Shown here one piece after another: positions 46,151 through 56,900 of a stretch of 64,000 nucleotides of DNA. The stretch lies in the NCBI GenBank assembly GCA_036276735.1, contig DASUOH010000031.1, forward strand, positions 2,694 through 66,693. Direction: 5' to 3'. The stretch is from Solirubrobacterales bacterium (GTDB taxonomy: Bacteria > Actinomycetota > Thermoleophilia > Solirubrobacterales > 70-9). The notes below the pieces were generated by a model. The model made no database searches and was not told the origin of the DNA. It saw only the letters and a list, made by a program, of their open reading frames with translations. Position 1 is the stretch's first letter, and every line of letters starts with the position of its first letter. A program made the position numbers and the translations under genes.

Positions 46151-47620
46151 ATGCACGTGCGGCCGGTCAGATGCTGCACGACACTCGTAGAGGTGAGTGT
46201 CGTGGGTCCAGCTGCAGCGGTCGAGCCCGTGCCGCAGGCGGGGCTCGTCGGCGAGGCGCCTCCCTCCCCAGCCGGCCCGATTGACGCTGCCGAGGCGGCG
46301 AGCCGGCCGGAACCGCCGGCGATTCGGCTGCCGCGCCTGCTGCAGACCCTGCGCTTCAACCAGCGTCAGATCGAGTTTGTCTTCCGCGGCCGCCGCGAGC
46401 TGGGGGAAGTCTTCCGAATGCAAGGAGTGATCCCTGGCCGCCCGGTCATCACCAGCCATCCCGACCACATCCGCTCGCTCTTCACCGCCAAGCCTGAGGA
46501 CGCCCCCTCGTTGACTGGCGAGTCGCCGCTGGTCCCGATCGTCGGACCCGACTCCGTCCTGACCGCGGTCGGGGCCCGGCACATGCGGCAACGCAAACTG
46601 CTGTTGCCGCCGTTCCACGGCGAGGCGATCGAGCAGTACGCGCAGATGATCGCCGATACGACCGAACGCGAGATCGACACCTGGCCGCTTCGTGAGCCGT
46701 TCACCCTGGCGCCGCGCATGCAGGCGATCACGCTCGACGTGATCATGGCCGGCATCTTCGGGATCGAGGGCAGGCCGCGGCCCGACAGTCCCGAGCACCG
46801 CCTGCGCACGACGATCCGCCGGCTGACGACGGCCTCGACCCTGCCGACCGCCCAGATCGGCGAGCTGATGAACATCGGCCGCGAGGAGGCGATCGGCCCG
46901 ATGCGCCTCGCGATCCAGATCCTCGACCGCGCGACCTACCCGATCATCGAAGAGCGCCGCCGCGTCACCGACCTCGAGGAGCGCCGCGACATCCTCTCGC
47001 TGCTGTTGCAGGCGCGCACCGAGGAGGGCGAGGCGATGAGCGACAAAGAGCTGCGTGACGAGCTCCTCACCCTGGTCCTGGCCGGCCATGAGACGACGGC
47101 CAACTCGCTCGCCTGGGCCTGGGAGCGGCTCGTCCGCAGCCCGGCCGCCCATGAGCGGCTGCGCGAGGCGGTCCGCTCGGGCGAGGAAGCCGCCGAGACG
47201 GTCGAGGCGACGATCGTCGAGGCGATGCGGGTGCGTCCGGTGATCCCGATGGTCGGGCGCCGCGTCAAGCGCCCCTGGCGGCTCGGCGAGTACGCGGTCG
47301 CGGCGGACACGCCGGTGAGCATGAGCATCCTGCTCGTCCATCACCGCGAGGATCTATATCCCCAGCCCTTCGAGTTCCGGCCCGAGCGCTGGCTCGGCCG
47401 CAAGCCGGGCACCTACGAGTGGATCCCCTTCGGCGGCGGCATCCGCCGCTGCCTCGGCGCGGCGCTGGCGATGGCCGAGCAGCGCGTCGTGCTGGAGGCG
47501 ATGGCTCGCCGCCTCGACGTCGAGGCCGCCGAACCTCAGCCCGAGCGCGCCCTGCACCGCAATGTGACGATGATCCCGGCGCGCGGCGCGCGGGTGGTCG
47601 TGCGGTCGCGCCGCAATTAG
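46151..47620 (+). CDS. cytochrome P450
   Basis: AGHETTA (I-helix), EAMR (ExxR), FGGGIRRCLG (Cys ligand); exact start uncertain (GTG candidates downstream of 46151). Confidence 0.85.
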   Translation: MHVRPVRCCTTLVEVSVVGPAAAVEPVPQAGLVGEAPPSPAGPIDAAEAASRPEPPAIRLPRLLQTLRFNQRQIEFVFRGRRELGEVFRMQGVIPGRPVITSHPDHIRSLFTAKPEDAPSLTGESPLVPIVGPDSVLTAVGARHMRQRKLLLPPFHGEAIEQYAQMIADTTEREIDTWPLREPFTLAPRMQAITLDVIMAGIFGIEGRPRPDSPEHRLRTTIRRLTTASTLPTAQIGELMNIGREEAIGPMRLAIQILDRATYPIIEERRRVTDLEERRDILSLLLQARTEEGEAMSDKELRDELLTLVLAGHETTANSLAWAWERLVRSPAAHERLREAVRSGEEAAETVEATIVEAMRVRPVIPMVGRRVKRPWRLGEYAVAADTPVSMSILLVHHREDLYPQPFEFRPERWLGRKPGTYEWIPFGGGIRRCLGAALAMAEQRVVLEAMARRLDVEAAEPQPERALHRNVTMIPARGARVVVRSRRN

Positions 47621-47628
47621 GGCCGGGG

Positions 47629-48876
47629 TCAGCGCTGCTCGGCGTGTTGGGTTGAACCCAGGTCCGCCGTCGAGCTGAGAGTGGCGAGCTTTTCGGTGAC
47701 AGCCCGCGCGAGCTCGGCGGCGGCATCGATCTCGGTCAGGTTCCGCTCCAGCGAGGCGATCCTGTCCATTGCCGCGCTGAGCTCGCGCCTTAGGTTCTGC
47801 TCACGCTCGGTGCTCTGCAGGCGCTCCTCCTCGAACCGGGCGCGTTCGTCGGCGAGCGTCACCATCGCCTGCTCGGCTTGGGCGTCGACATCTTCCAGCT
47901 CGTCGATTCGACGTTCGGTCGCCTCGGCCAAGTCGATCGCGCGGCGGGCGCGGTCCTGCAAGGCGACCAGCGTGGTTGAGAGCTCTCCGGGATTGTCACG
48001 CAGCGGAGCGGGCATCGGCTCGGGCTCAGGAGTGGGGTCGGGCTCAGGAACGGGATCTGCCTCGGGCTCAGGAACGGGGTCTAGGTCAGGAACTGGGTCC
48101 GGCTCGGGCTCAGGGACGGGATCTGGCTCAGGGACGGGGTCCGGCTCGGGCTCAGGGACTGGGTCTGGCTCCGGCTCAGGGACTGGGGGCGGGCTGGGAA
48201 CGGGTGCCGGCTCAGGGACTGGGGGCGGGCTGGGCACGGGTGCTGGGACTGGCTGTGGCTCCGGCGCAGCCACTGGCTGAGGCTCCTCTGCGACCGCGGT
48301 CGCATGCGCCGGCTCGGTCGGAGGATCTTGGTCCTCGGGCGCCGGCTCGGACTCCGTGGGCGCAGGTGATTGAGACGCCGGGACGGCGAGTCGATCTGGG
48401 ACGCTCTCGATAAGTCTCTGGATCTGGGTTCTGGCAGCTACCACCGGGCGTACCTCGCTCCTCGCCATCACCTCGATGTCGCTGATTCCCAGCATGTCGT
48501 GCGGATCCTCGAACGCGACTATCAACGCCCCGTCCGGGGCGAACGCGATCGGCAACGCGCTATACCTGACAGCCGTCGATTTGTCGATCAGGCTGATCGC
48601 CTCCAGATCCACCTCGAACAGGTCGAGGTCGACGTGGTCGAGCCCACTGCGCTCCGCCAGCGCCACAGAGAGTTGGCGCTCGTCGACGACGCCGTTGTCC
48701 AGAAGGCAGCGCTCGGGCGTCCTCGCCGACTGGCGGGCCGCCTCAACAGCTTTCTGAACCGAACCTTCATCGGCAAATCCAAGCTCGACCAGGACGTCAG
48801 TCAAGAAGACGCCCTGACGATCAAGCTTGGACGGCGGGGTAATCCCCGGCGCGGTGATGGTGGCTCCTGGGTTCAT
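47629..48876 (-). CDS. MshEN/T2SSE_N-domain protein with proline-rich repeat and C-terminal coiled coil
   Basis: 415 aa; N-terminal 150 aa match the GspE-N pattern ([27 protein letters not shown]...YSALPIAF...IVAFEDP); about 110-aa P/E/D/V repeat; heptad-like C-terminus. Confidence 0.7.
   Translation of the reverse strand: MNPGATITAPGITPPSKLDRQGVFLTDVLVELGFADEGSVQKAVEAARQSARTPERCLLDNGVVDERQLSVALAERSGLDHVDLDLFEVDLEAISLIDKSTAVRYSALPIAFAPDGALIVAFEDPHDMLGISDIEVMARSEVRPVVAARTQIQRLIESVPDRLAVPASQSPAPTESEPAPEDQDPPTEPAHATAVAEEPQPVAAPEPQPVPAPVPSPPPVPEPAPVPSPPPVPEPEPDPVPEPEPDPVPEPDPVPEPEPDPVPDLDPVPEPEADPVPEPDPTPEPEPMPAPLRDNPGELSTTLVALQDRARRAIDLAEATERRIDELEDVDAQAEQAMVTLADERARFEEERLQSTEREQNLRRELSAAMDRIASLERNLTEIDAAAELARAVTEKLATLSSTADLGSTQHAEQR
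48010..48290. repeat. imperfect tandem DNA repeats encoding the PEPxPVP-type low-complexity linker
   Basis: The clearest unit is 36 nt, GGCTCAGGGACTGGGGGCGGGCTGGGAACGGGTGCC at 48173-48208, repeated 34/36 at 48209-48244; many shorter GGCTCAGG[AG]AC[GT]GG units upstream. Confidence 0.75.
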
Positions 48877-49862
48877 TCGGCCGCCTCTTGGTAGACCGGT
48901 TCCGGCGAGAGCCCGTGGCCCCCTGATGCGGTAGCCGCGGCATCAGCGAGCCCGAGCGCTTCTTCGGGAGAGGAGGTTTGGCCCAGCGTCTGAATGCCAT
49001 GCGATAGCTCGATCCGAGGATCGCCACCACGGGTCACCCGCTCGAGCGCCGCCCGGAAACGCTCCACGAACCCAGGCACCTGATCCGGGCGGCATCCGAC
49101 GAGGGTCGCAGCGAGGGTGGCCTCACCGATGCGGCCGGCGCGATCCGTCCTTCGAACGGTCGCCTCCAGCACCTCCGCCGCGATCTTGACGGCAAGCTTG
49201 CGCATTGCCTCACCACTGGGACTGCGATCGGATTCCCCGTCGACCCTGAAGGCGACGAGTACTGACTCTACGGTCCCTCGCTCGGCCAGGTGCCAGTCGT
49301 GATCCAGCAGGTCGAGAAAAGCGTCGCGGCTGAGCAGACGGGTCTCGGAGTCGACGTTCGCGTTCTCTTGGAAGCGCCCTCGTAGTCGCCGCAGCTCGGC
49401 ACGCCGCTCGACGCTCTCCCATTCGTAGCTCAACATCCGCGCCGCGATGCCAAGCATCGCGGCGTGTTGACAGCCGTAAAGTCCAGGCTGGGAATCCAGG
49501 GCTGAGAGGGTTCCCACGATCCTGCCGTCGCTCACCTCGAGCGGAATGCTCAAGCACGCACCTACGCCGAGTGAATCGAGGAATCCCTGATCGATCTCGC
49601 TGTTCGACGGCGAGCCAGTCGCATCGCCGCCATTCGGTGGTGAGCCGACGGGCAGCATCGCGCCCTTGTACACACCTTCCACCCCGTCGCCCTGAATGCC
49701 AATGATTCGACAGGCCTGCTGATCCGAATCCATCTGGCCTAAAAGAAGGGTGCCGGGAACAACCTCAACGAGTGCGCCAAGGACCGGCTCAACCGCCTCG
49801 GAGAAGTTGCGGAAGCGGGGTTGGCAGATGCGGATGAGAGCCTTCGTCTCGGCTGATTCCAC
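48873..49862 (-). CDS. GAF-like sensor fused to a degenerate GGDEF domain
   Basis: 329 aa; C-terminal half has GGDEF-domain layout ([16 protein letters not shown]...[18 protein letters not shown]...SHGI) with RIG-EAT in place of GGDEF; stop overlaps the MshEN gene start. Confidence 0.65.
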   Translation of the reverse strand: MESAETKALIRICQPRFRNFSEAVEPVLGALVEVVPGTLLLGQMDSDQQACRIIGIQGDGVEGVYKGAMLPVGSPPNGGDATGSPSNSEIDQGFLDSLGVGACLSIPLEVSDGRIVGTLSALDSQPGLYGCQHAAMLGIAARMLSYEWESVERRAELRRLRGRFQENANVDSETRLLSRDAFLDLLDHDWHLAERGTVESVLVAFRVDGESDRSPSGEAMRKLAVKIAAEVLEATVRRTDRAGRIGEATLAATLVGCRPDQVPGFVERFRAALERVTRGGDPRIELSHGIQTLGQTSSPEEALGLADAAATASGGHGLSPEPVYQEAAE

Positions 49863-49927
49863 GTCTTGACTATCGGACGCAGAGCGAGATACCTAAGGCT
49901 GAACAGAAGATTGCCGCGCGGGACGAG

Positions 49928-50016
49928 CGGAGAGGGAGGGATTCGAACCCTCGAGAGAGCTTGCGCCCCCTACTCGCTTAGCAGGCGAGTGCCTTCAGCC
50001 ACTCGGCCACCTCTCC
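49928..50016 (-). tRNA. tRNA-Ser (anticodon GCT)
   Basis: Reverse complement GGAGAGG...CTCGC-CTGCTAA-GCGAG + long variable arm + GAGGG-TTCGAAT-CCCTC-CCTCTCC-G. Confidence 0.9.
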
Positions 50017-50070
50017 GGGTTTGAAAACGATAGCGCCGGCTCCGGGATGCGGCGGAGCTAGGCTCGTGTC

Positions 50071-51282
50071 GTGAGCGCCGCCGTCGAGCAGTCCCACGCC
50101 CGCTACGAGGAGGCCTTCGCCGAGGTCGAGGCGCCGTTCGCCTTCCTCGACCTCGACGCGATGGCAGCCAACGCGGCGGCGATGGCGGAGCGGGCCGGCG
50201 GCAAGCCGATCCGCGTCGCCAGCAAGTCGCTGCGCTGCCGGGCGGCGATCGAGCGAGCGCTCGACAGCGACGAGCGCTTCGCCGGATTGATGACCTTCAC
50301 CCTGCCGGAGACGCTGTGGCTCGCCGAGCAGGGCTTCGAGGACCTGCTGCTCGCCTACCCCTCCGCTGACATCGGGGCGCTGAGCGAGCTGGCGCTGCGC
50401 TCGGCCGCCAATCCCGAGGACGCCCCGATCGTCATGGTCGACTGCACCGAGCACCTCGACGCGATCGAGTCGGTGCTGGGCGCCGGCGCCCCGCCGGTGC
50501 GGGTCTGCATCGACGTCGACGCCAGCTGGCGGGCCTTCGGCGGCCGGCTCGAGGTCGGCCCGAAGCGTTCCCCGGTCCACAGCGTCGAGCAGGCGGTGGC
50601 GCTGGCCCGCGAGATCGAGCGGCGCCCGCAGCTGACGCTGGCGGCGCTGATGGCCTACGAGGGGCAGATCGCCGGAGTAGGCGACACGCCACCCGGGCAG
50701 CGCCTGCGCGGCGCCGCGATCCGCTGGATGCAGCGGCGCTCCGCCGCCGAGCTGGCCGAGCGCCGCGCCGCCATAGTCGCCGCCGTCCGCGAGGTGGCGC
50801 CCTTGCGGATCGTCAACGGGGGCGGCACCGGCAGCCTCGAGCTGACCGGAGCCGAGGAGGCGGTGACGGAGGTGACCGCCGGCTCGGGCTTCTACGCGCC
50901 GGCCCTCTTTGACCACTACAGCCGCTTCACCCTCATCCCGGCTGCCGGCTTCGCCCTGCCGATCGTTCGCAAGCCGGCGCCGGGCATAGCGACGGCGCTC
51001 GGCGGCGGCTACCTTGCATCCGGCAGCGGCGACGCCGCTCGACTGCCTTCCCCGTGGCTGCCCGAGGGCCTGCGCCTCGATTCCGAGGAGGGCGCCGGCG
51101 AGGTGCAGACGCCGCTGCTAGGGCAGGCCGCGGAGCAGCTCGGCATTGGCGACCGCGTCTACTTCCGCCACGCCAAGGCCGGCGAGCTGTGCGAGCGCTT
51201 CGACGCCCTGCACCTGGTCGAGGGCGGCCGGATCGTCGACCTCGTCCCGACGTACCGGGGCGAGGGCAAGGCGTTCCTGTGA
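50071..51282 (+). CDS. PLP-dependent alanine-racemase-fold enzyme (D-amino-acid deaminase/aldolase-like)
   Basis: 403 aa; N-terminal barrel with candidate PLP lysine in RVASKSLR; family call by eye. Confidence 0.7.
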   Translation: MSAAVEQSHARYEEAFAEVEAPFAFLDLDAMAANAAAMAERAGGKPIRVASKSLRCRAAIERALDSDERFAGLMTFTLPETLWLAEQGFEDLLLAYPSADIGALSELALRSAANPEDAPIVMVDCTEHLDAIESVLGAGAPPVRVCIDVDASWRAFGGRLEVGPKRSPVHSVEQAVALAREIERRPQLTLAALMAYEGQIAGVGDTPPGQRLRGAAIRWMQRRSAAELAERRAAIVAAVREVAPLRIVNGGGTGSLELTGAEEAVTEVTAGSGFYAPALFDHYSRFTLIPAAGFALPIVRKPAPGIATALGGGYLASGSGDAARLPSPWLPEGLRLDSEEGAGEVQTPLLGQAAEQLGIGDRVYFRHAKAGELCERFDALHLVEGGRIVDLVPTYRGEGKAFL

Positions 51283-51283
51283 C

Positions 51284-52576
51284 TCAGCCGAGGACTCGTT
51301 CGGCGTACTCGTTGGTGAAGACGCGCCGCGGGTCGAGCTCGTCGCGCGCCGCTTGGAAGCGGTCCCAGGCGGGGTAGAGCGGCGCCAGCGTCGCCGCCGT
51401 CTGGAAGTGGCGCTTGCCCCAATGGGGACGGCCGCCGTAGTCGCGCATGATCTCCTCGACCGCCTCGAAGTAGGGGCGCCACTCCATCCCCCGGTACTGG
51501 TGGACGGCGATGTAGGCGGTGTCGCGGTCGTGGGCGGGACTGAGCAGCGCGTCATCTGCGGCGCCGACCCGAACCTCGATCGGAAAGAAGACCGGATAGC
51601 GGTTCGACCGCACCCACTCGATTGCCCGGCGCACCGCCTCTGGCCCGTGCTGGCGCGGCACCGCGTACTCCATCTCGGTGAAGCGGACGCGCCGTTCGCT
51701 GGCGAAGATCCGGTGGCTAGCTTCGGTCCGCACGCCTCCGCTGGCGAGGCGGCCGGCGAGCTTGGAGAGGTGCGGGATCGCCGCCGGGAACCGCTTGCCG
51801 GTCGCGGCGAGCGCCCCGAGCGCCCAGTTCTCCAGAACGGTGTCGTTGAGCGTCGCAGCGGCCCGTCCGCGCGGCTGAGGTTGCCCATCCACCCTGTTGC
51901 GCTCGAGGACAAGCGCCAGGTCCGAGTAGGGGAACGTGAAGAGCTCGAAGTGATCGTGGGCGGCGAGCTGCCGCTCGAAGTCGTCGAGCACCCTCTGCCG
52001 CGGGCGCGCCACGTCGACCCGGCGCAGCGTAAAGGCCGGGACGCAGCGCAGCGTCACCGAGGAGATCGCGCCCAGCGCGCCGACGCCGACTCGGGCGGCC
52101 GCCAGCAGCTCAGGCTCGGAACGGTCGAGTCGGCGCACATCGCCGGCGGCCGTCACCAGCTCCACCGCCTCGACCTGGCCAGAGATGTTCGGCAGGCTGG
52201 CGCCGGTGCCGTGCGTCGCGGTGGAGATCGCGCCGGCGATCGTCTGGCGGTCGATGTCGCCGAGGTTCTCCATCGCCAGGCCGAGGCCGTCGAGGAGACG
52301 GTTGAGGTCGCCGATCACGGTGCCGGCGCCGACCTCGACGAGCCCCGACGCACGGTCGACGTCGAGGGCGCCGCTGAGTGCGGCGACGTCGATCGCGACG
52401 CCGTCGGTGAGGGCGGTGCCGGTGAACGAATGGCCGGACCCGACGACGCTCACCCTCTCCTCCGCCGCGGCAGCCTCGGCCACGGCGGCGACCAGCTCGT
52501 CGCGATTCCGAGGCGTCACCGTCCGCGCCGGGCGACATACCTGGTCCCCCGTCCAGTTGCGCCAGGTGCCGGTCAC
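51284..52576 (-). CDS. FAD-linked sugar-1,4-lactone oxidase (GULO/ALO family)
   Basis: 430 aa; WRNWTG start, FAD-binding PCMH part (VVGSGHSFT), ALO-domain GRPHWGK. Confidence 0.85.
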   Translation of the reverse strand: MTGTWRNWTGDQVCRPARTVTPRNRDELVAAVAEAAAAEERVSVVGSGHSFTGTALTDGVAIDVAALSGALDVDRASGLVEVGAGTVIGDLNRLLDGLGLAMENLGDIDRQTIAGAISTATHGTGASLPNISGQVEAVELVTAAGDVRRLDRSEPELLAAARVGVGALGAISSVTLRCVPAFTLRRVDVARPRQRVLDDFERQLAAHDHFELFTFPYSDLALVLERNRVDGQPQPRGRAAATLNDTVLENWALGALAATGKRFPAAIPHLSKLAGRLASGGVRTEASHRIFASERRVRFTEMEYAVPRQHGPEAVRRAIEWVRSNRYPVFFPIEVRVGAADDALLSPAHDRDTAYIAVHQYRGMEWRPYFEAVEEIMRDYGGRPHWGKRHFQTAATLAPLYPAWDRFQAARDELDPRRVFTNEYAERVLG

Positions 52577-52585
52577 GCCCGGAAC

Positions 52586-53788
52586 CTATCCGGCCGCGGG
52601 CCGGATCTCGTCGGCGCCCAGCACCTCGCCGGGTGGGCGAGCGAGCGGCGGGATCAGCACCCGGTAGGCGTAGGCAGCGGTGAGGACGAGCAAAACGGCG
52701 ATCGCGATGCTCGGCGCCTCATAGCCCGCGGCGCTGGCGGCGGCACCACCCGCGAGCGCGCCGACGGTCTGGCCCGCTGCCCACGCCATATTGGAGAGAC
52801 CCGCGGCGAAGCCCTGATGGAGTCGACTCAACTCCGCAGTCTCCGACAGCGTGGTCAAAGCCGGGGTGAAGCAGATCCCCGCTCCCAACGAGCCGAGGAT
52901 GAGCGCGGCCAGGACCGGCACGAGGGCACCGGCCGCGGCGATCGCGAGCATCGCGAGGGCGCAGATCGCGATACCGGCGACGAACGGCGCCCTGCGGCCG
53001 ATCCGGTCCGAGTAACGGCCCACCAGCGGCGCCAGGCCCGCCTCGAGCGCCGCCCCGGCGATAAAGCCGGCCGCGATCACCGCGTGGCCTCCGCCCAGCT
53101 CATCGATCCGCAGCGGCACCAGCACCTCGACCGCGCCGAACATGAGCGAAGGGACTGCGACGAAGACCGTCGCGGTGACGATCGGGCGGCTGAGCATGGC
53201 GCTGACGACTTCGCCCAACGCCTGGCGCTGCGGCGCCTCGACCGCGGGCAGCCGGGCCGCGAGGCCGGCCAAGATCACGCTTATGACCGAGACGCCGGCG
53301 AAGGCCGCCTCGGTACCGACTTCCACCGCCACCGATCCGAAGACTGGACCGACCAGGGCGCCAGCGACCGCGGTCCCGAGCGCGGTCCCTATAACCGAGC
53401 CGCGCCGCTCCGGGGGGGTGGAGCTGATCAGCCAGGTGAGCGCCCCCGCCCAGATCAGCGCCCCGGAGATGCCCTGCCCGAAGCGCGCGACGTCGAGCAG
53501 AACTACCGAGCCGGCGAAGCCGAAGACGATGCTGGAGCCGCCGAGCAGGAGCAGACCGGCGACGACCGTGCGGCGCGGCCCGACCCGACCGGCGACGAAG
53601 CCGGCGGGCAGCGAGGCGGCCAGCGTGCCGGCGGCGTAGGAGGCGGCGAGGAGGCCCGCCTCGGCGTGGCTCAGTCCGAACTCGTCGACGTAATCGGGAA
53701 GCAGCGGTGCGATCGCCGCGTAGAAGGCGACGTCGAAGAAGACGATGGCCGAGATGAAGACGAGAAGTCGCCGCACCTCATAATCCAA
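52586..53788 (-). CDS. MFS transporter
   Basis: 400 aa, about 12 TM segments; GRVGPRR and DRIGRR loop motifs. Confidence 0.85.
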   Translation of the reverse strand: MDYEVRRLLVFISAIVFFDVAFYAAIAPLLPDYVDEFGLSHAEAGLLAASYAAGTLAASLPAGFVAGRVGPRRTVVAGLLLLGGSSIVFGFAGSVVLLDVARFGQGISGALIWAGALTWLISSTPPERRGSVIGTALGTAVAGALVGPVFGSVAVEVGTEAAFAGVSVISVILAGLAARLPAVEAPQRQALGEVVSAMLSRPIVTATVFVAVPSLMFGAVEVLVPLRIDELGGGHAVIAAGFIAGAALEAGLAPLVGRYSDRIGRRAPFVAGIAICALAMLAIAAAGALVPVLAALILGSLGAGICFTPALTTLSETAELSRLHQGFAAGLSNMAWAAGQTVGALAGGAAASAAGYEAPSIAIAVLLVLTAAYAYRVLIPPLARPPGEVLGADEIRPAAG

Positions 53789-53886
53789 TCACCAAAGCGC
53801 CTGAGCGCTCCATGCTTATGTCCGTGCAGTTGCGGCTAGCATCGACGCTGGGGCGTAATACCCAAGGCGACGCGCCCTACTCCCCT

Positions 53887-53975
53887 GGAGGGGTGGCAGA
53901 GCGGTTGAATGCGACGGCCTTGAAAGCCGTTAGGCGTCGTAAGGCGTCTCGTGGGTTCGAATCCCACCCCCTCCG
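53887..53975 (+). tRNA. tRNA-Ser (anticodon TGA)
   Basis: GGAGGGG...ACGGC-CTTGAAA-GCCGT + long variable arm + GTGGG-TTCGAAT-CCCAC-CCCCTCC-G. Confidence 0.9.
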
Positions 53976-54020
53976 CTCCGCGCAGTGAGCGGACGGACGG
54001 TACGAGCCGCCGCTCGCCGG

Positions 54021-54509
54021 CTAGTCCGAGAGCTCGACGCGCTCGATCGTTTGCGGCTCGACCGGCCGGTCGGCGGCATCGGTCTCGGTCGCCTCGATCG
54101 CGTCGACCGCGTCCATGCCCTCGACGATGCGGCCGAAGACGGTGTGCTTGCCGTCCAGCCACGACGCAGCCTCGGTGGTGACGACGAAGAACTGCGAGCC
54201 GTTCGTGTTCGGCCCGGCATTGGCCATCGCCAGCGCCCCGCGGACGATCTTGTGCTCGTTGATCTCGTCCTCGAACGTGTAGCCGGGGCCGCCGCGACCG
54301 GTGCCCTCGGGGCAGCCGCCCTGGATCATGAAGTCGCGGATGACCCGGTGGAAGGCGAGTCCATCGTAGAAGCCGTCGGCGGCGAGCTTGCGGAAGTTCT
54401 CGACCGTCTTCGGCGCATCCTCGTCGTGCAGCTCGACGGTAATCGCCCCGGCGCTCGTGTGAAGAATTGCCTGCGACACGGCCGTCAACCCTACGGCATC
54501 CCGACTCAT
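54021..54509 (-). CDS. cyclophilin-type peptidyl-prolyl cis-trans isomerase
   Basis: 162 aa; [34 protein letters not shown]. Confidence 0.9.
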   Translation of the reverse strand: MSRDAVGLTAVSQAILHTSAGAITVELHDEDAPKTVENFRKLAADGFYDGLAFHRVIRDFMIQGGCPEGTGRGGPGYTFEDEINEHKIVRGALAMANAGPNTNGSQFFVVTTEAASWLDGKHTVFGRIVEGMDAVDAIEATETDAADRPVEPQTIERVELSD

Positions 54510-56791
54510 GGTCCGCTAACCCGGGCGAGCACCGGCTTCGAGGCCCCTGGAGCGTAAGGCCAGCGCTCCTCGGCGAGGGCGACGGCGCGAAGTCGGATCC
54601 GCGCCAAGCCGCTGACGTAGCGGAAGCGGTAGCGCGCCCGGAAGCGACCGCCGTGGTCGCTGCGCACGACGAGCACCGGCCGCCAGCGTCGCGCCGCATG
54701 CTCGAAGTACTGAATCGCGACCAGCTTGCCGCGACGGGGGATCGGCGCGCCCCTCGTCCGCACGCGCCCCCACAGATGGATCAACTCACCGGTTTCGAGC
54801 TGGCGCGGCGAGGCGGCAAGGGAGATGCCGCCGCGCACGCGCAGGGCCAGGGCGGCGCGGCGCGATCCGGCGAGCTCGGCGTCGCCGCGGAAGCCGACCG
54901 TTATCCGTCGCGAGGTCCCGGCCGGCAGCGGCAGCCGGAAGCCGCCGTGGCGGCCCGTCTCGACCACTTCGACCCGCCGCTTGGCCAGCGCCCCGCGCGA
55001 GGGACGGGCGACGACCCGGAGGCGACGCCCGGCCAGCCCGGCGCCCTCGGCGGTGACGAGTCGACCGGCAAGGACGCCGGTAGCCTCAAACGGGACGCTG
55101 AGGCTCTCGCCCCGCCGTTGATGCCAGCGCAGGTGCGCGAAGAGCCGCGTCTTGCTCCTCGCGGGCGCCGCCGCGGGCCGCGACGTCGCAATTGCGGTGG
55201 GCGGTCCCGGCGGCGCCGCCGGCTGGCGCAGCGACATCTCGGTGCCGTCGGCGCGCCGCGTCGTCGAGGCGGTGTTGCCGGCCGCGTCGCGGGAGTCTGC
55301 GCGAAAGACGTAGATCCCCGGCTCGAGGTCGCCGGGAACTCGCGCAACCAACTGCGCCTCGTCGGCCTCCTCGCCGGCGACCAGCTCGGTCGGCAGGTCG
55401 ACCCACTGCTCGCGATCGAGGCGCCGGAAGAAGATCTTGCCGCCGGCGGGACCGGATTGCTGGTCGCTGACGTCGACGCGGACGGTGGCGGGCAGCCCTG
55501 CGCCAGCGTCGTCGGCAGCCACCTCGAAGGCGATACCGGGCGGCACGTTGTCGAAGCGCAGCGGTACCGACACCGCGCTCGGCGGCGCCTCGTTGCCGGC
55601 CTCGTCGCGCAGCCAGACGTCGATTGCGTAGACGCCCGGTGCAGGGACGCTGCGGTCGGCGATGTTCGTGACACCGGGACGCGCCGCCGTCTTAACACCG
55701 CTGTCGTAGCCGGCCGGCCCCCGGATGCGCCAGAGCGCCGCGGTGATCGGGCTTCCGGCTCCCTGGTCGGGATTCGTCCAGGCCAGGTCGAAGTCGTTCA
55801 CGCGGCGCCAGCCGTCGCCGCCGATGAGCGCGAGGGCGCGCGGGTGGGCCGGCGCGTGGTTGTCGACCTTGATGGTCTGCTGCCCCGTGCAGCCCACGTT
55901 GCCGGCGAAGTCGGTGGTGCAGTGATGGAGCCGATGGCTGCCGTCGCTGAAGCGCGCCGTGTCGACCATCACCCCGTCGGCGCCGTGCGCGCCGCACGGT
56001 CGCATCCTGGTCCCTCGCCACTCACTGCCGATCAGCGCCTTGGCACAGGCGTACTCATGGAGGTGGATGCGGCTGTCGTCGAGCAGCGTCTCGGCGAAGC
56101 GAACGCCCCCGCCATCGTCGGTACCGGAGAACATCACCCGGTGTGCCCCCCGCAGCCATCCTCCCGCCACAAGCTCGCCCCATACCCAGGCGCCCGGCCC
56201 CACGTCGTCCTGGATCGTGATCGTCAGCGCCCTGATTCCGGACCACGAGCCGGGCTCGACCGAGCACCATCTGTCCGCCCCGCGCGCACAGAGCAAGCGG
56301 TCCTCGAGCGCCGGCTGCGGGGTCGAGAAGCCGGCCACGAAGTCGCGCAGGGCGACATCGGTCGTACTCGCAGTGAGGAAGGGGACGAAGCCACCGGCCG
56401 CGGTGCCCATGCCGATCCGCTGCTCCATCCCGTCGTGGAGGGCGTGCCACCAGGTGCCGCTGACCCTGGTGATGCCGGTTCCCGGCGGCGCCTCCCAGCG
56501 CCAGCGGGCGAACCGGGTTCCGGACACGGTCGAGCCACCCCGCGTGAAGCTCTTCAGGTGGATGCCGTCGAAGGGATCGTGCCCGGGCGGCGGCACGCAG
56601 TAGCCGTCGGAGCGGAACTTCGCACCCCCGGTCGAGTCCCACCAGCCCGCGTCGGCATCGACGCCCCAGCCGCATTGGGCGACGCTGTACTTGGCGGCGT
56701 TCGCCTCCCGCGCCGCGAACAGCAGCAGCGCCAGCGCCAAGCAGAACCCAAGCGCGACGATCCGCGCCAACCCGACTCGCGCTCCCGGCAT
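54506..56791 (-). CDS. large secreted multidomain protein of unknown function
   Basis: Start ATG 56791 (RBS GGGAGGAAG; signal peptide [32 protein letters not shown]); 761 aa with Cys-containing N-domain and Ig/CarboxypepD_reg-like beta segments; stop overlaps the PPIase start. Confidence 0.7.
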   Translation of the reverse strand: MPGARVGLARIVALGFCLALALLLFAAREANAAKYSVAQCGWGVDADAGWWDSTGGAKFRSDGYCVPPPGHDPFDGIHLKSFTRGGSTVSGTRFARWRWEAPPGTGITRVSGTWWHALHDGMEQRIGMGTAAGGFVPFLTASTTDVALRDFVAGFSTPQPALEDRLLCARGADRWCSVEPGSWSGIRALTITIQDDVGPGAWVWGELVAGGWLRGAHRVMFSGTDDGGGVRFAETLLDDSRIHLHEYACAKALIGSEWRGTRMRPCGAHGADGVMVDTARFSDGSHRLHHCTTDFAGNVGCTGQQTIKVDNHAPAHPRALALIGGDGWRRVNDFDLAWTNPDQGAGSPITAALWRIRGPAGYDSGVKTAARPGVTNIADRSVPAPGVYAIDVWLRDEAGNEAPPSAVSVPLRFDNVPPGIAFEVAADDAGAGLPATVRVDVSDQQSGPAGGKIFFRRLDREQWVDLPTELVAGEEADEAQLVARVPGDLEPGIYVFRADSRDAAGNTASTTRRADGTEMSLRQPAAPPGPPTAIATSRPAAAPARSKTRLFAHLRWHQRRGESLSVPFEATGVLAGRLVTAEGAGLAGRRLRVVARPSRGALAKRRVEVVETGRHGGFRLPLPAGTSRRITVGFRGDAELAGSRRAALALRVRGGISLAASPRQLETGELIHLWGRVRTRGAPIPRRGKLVAIQYFEHAARRWRPVLVVRSDHGGRFRARYRFRYVSGLARIRLRAVALAEERWPYAPGASKPVLARVSGP

Positions 56792-56900
56792 TTGTCTTCC
56801 TCCCTCGTTCGACCGCATTTGGGAGACAAAGGGCCTGGCGCGCCGATCTCTCCCCCCTCGACCGATGCCCGAAGCGCCCGCTTTGCGAGAATGGCGCCCG

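Noticed and set aside
46121-47344. 407-aa minus-strand ORF
   Set aside because: It is antisense to the cytochrome P450 gene, which has the Cys-ligand, ExxR and I-helix motifs.
48010-48290. Possible CRISPR-like array
   Set aside because: The repeats are contiguous with no unique spacers, are imperfect, lie inside a coding region where they encode a Pro-rich linker, and no cas genes are present in the window.
51146-53839. 897-aa plus-strand ORF
   Set aside because: It is antisense to the FAD-linked lactone oxidase and the MFS transporter. The translation is R/G/D/E low-complexity.
49928-53975. Possible genomic island between the two tRNA-Ser genes
   Set aside because: I found no tRNA-end direct repeats, integrase or compositional shift. 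The three enclosed genes (PLP enzyme, lactone oxidase, MFS) look like native high-GC genes.
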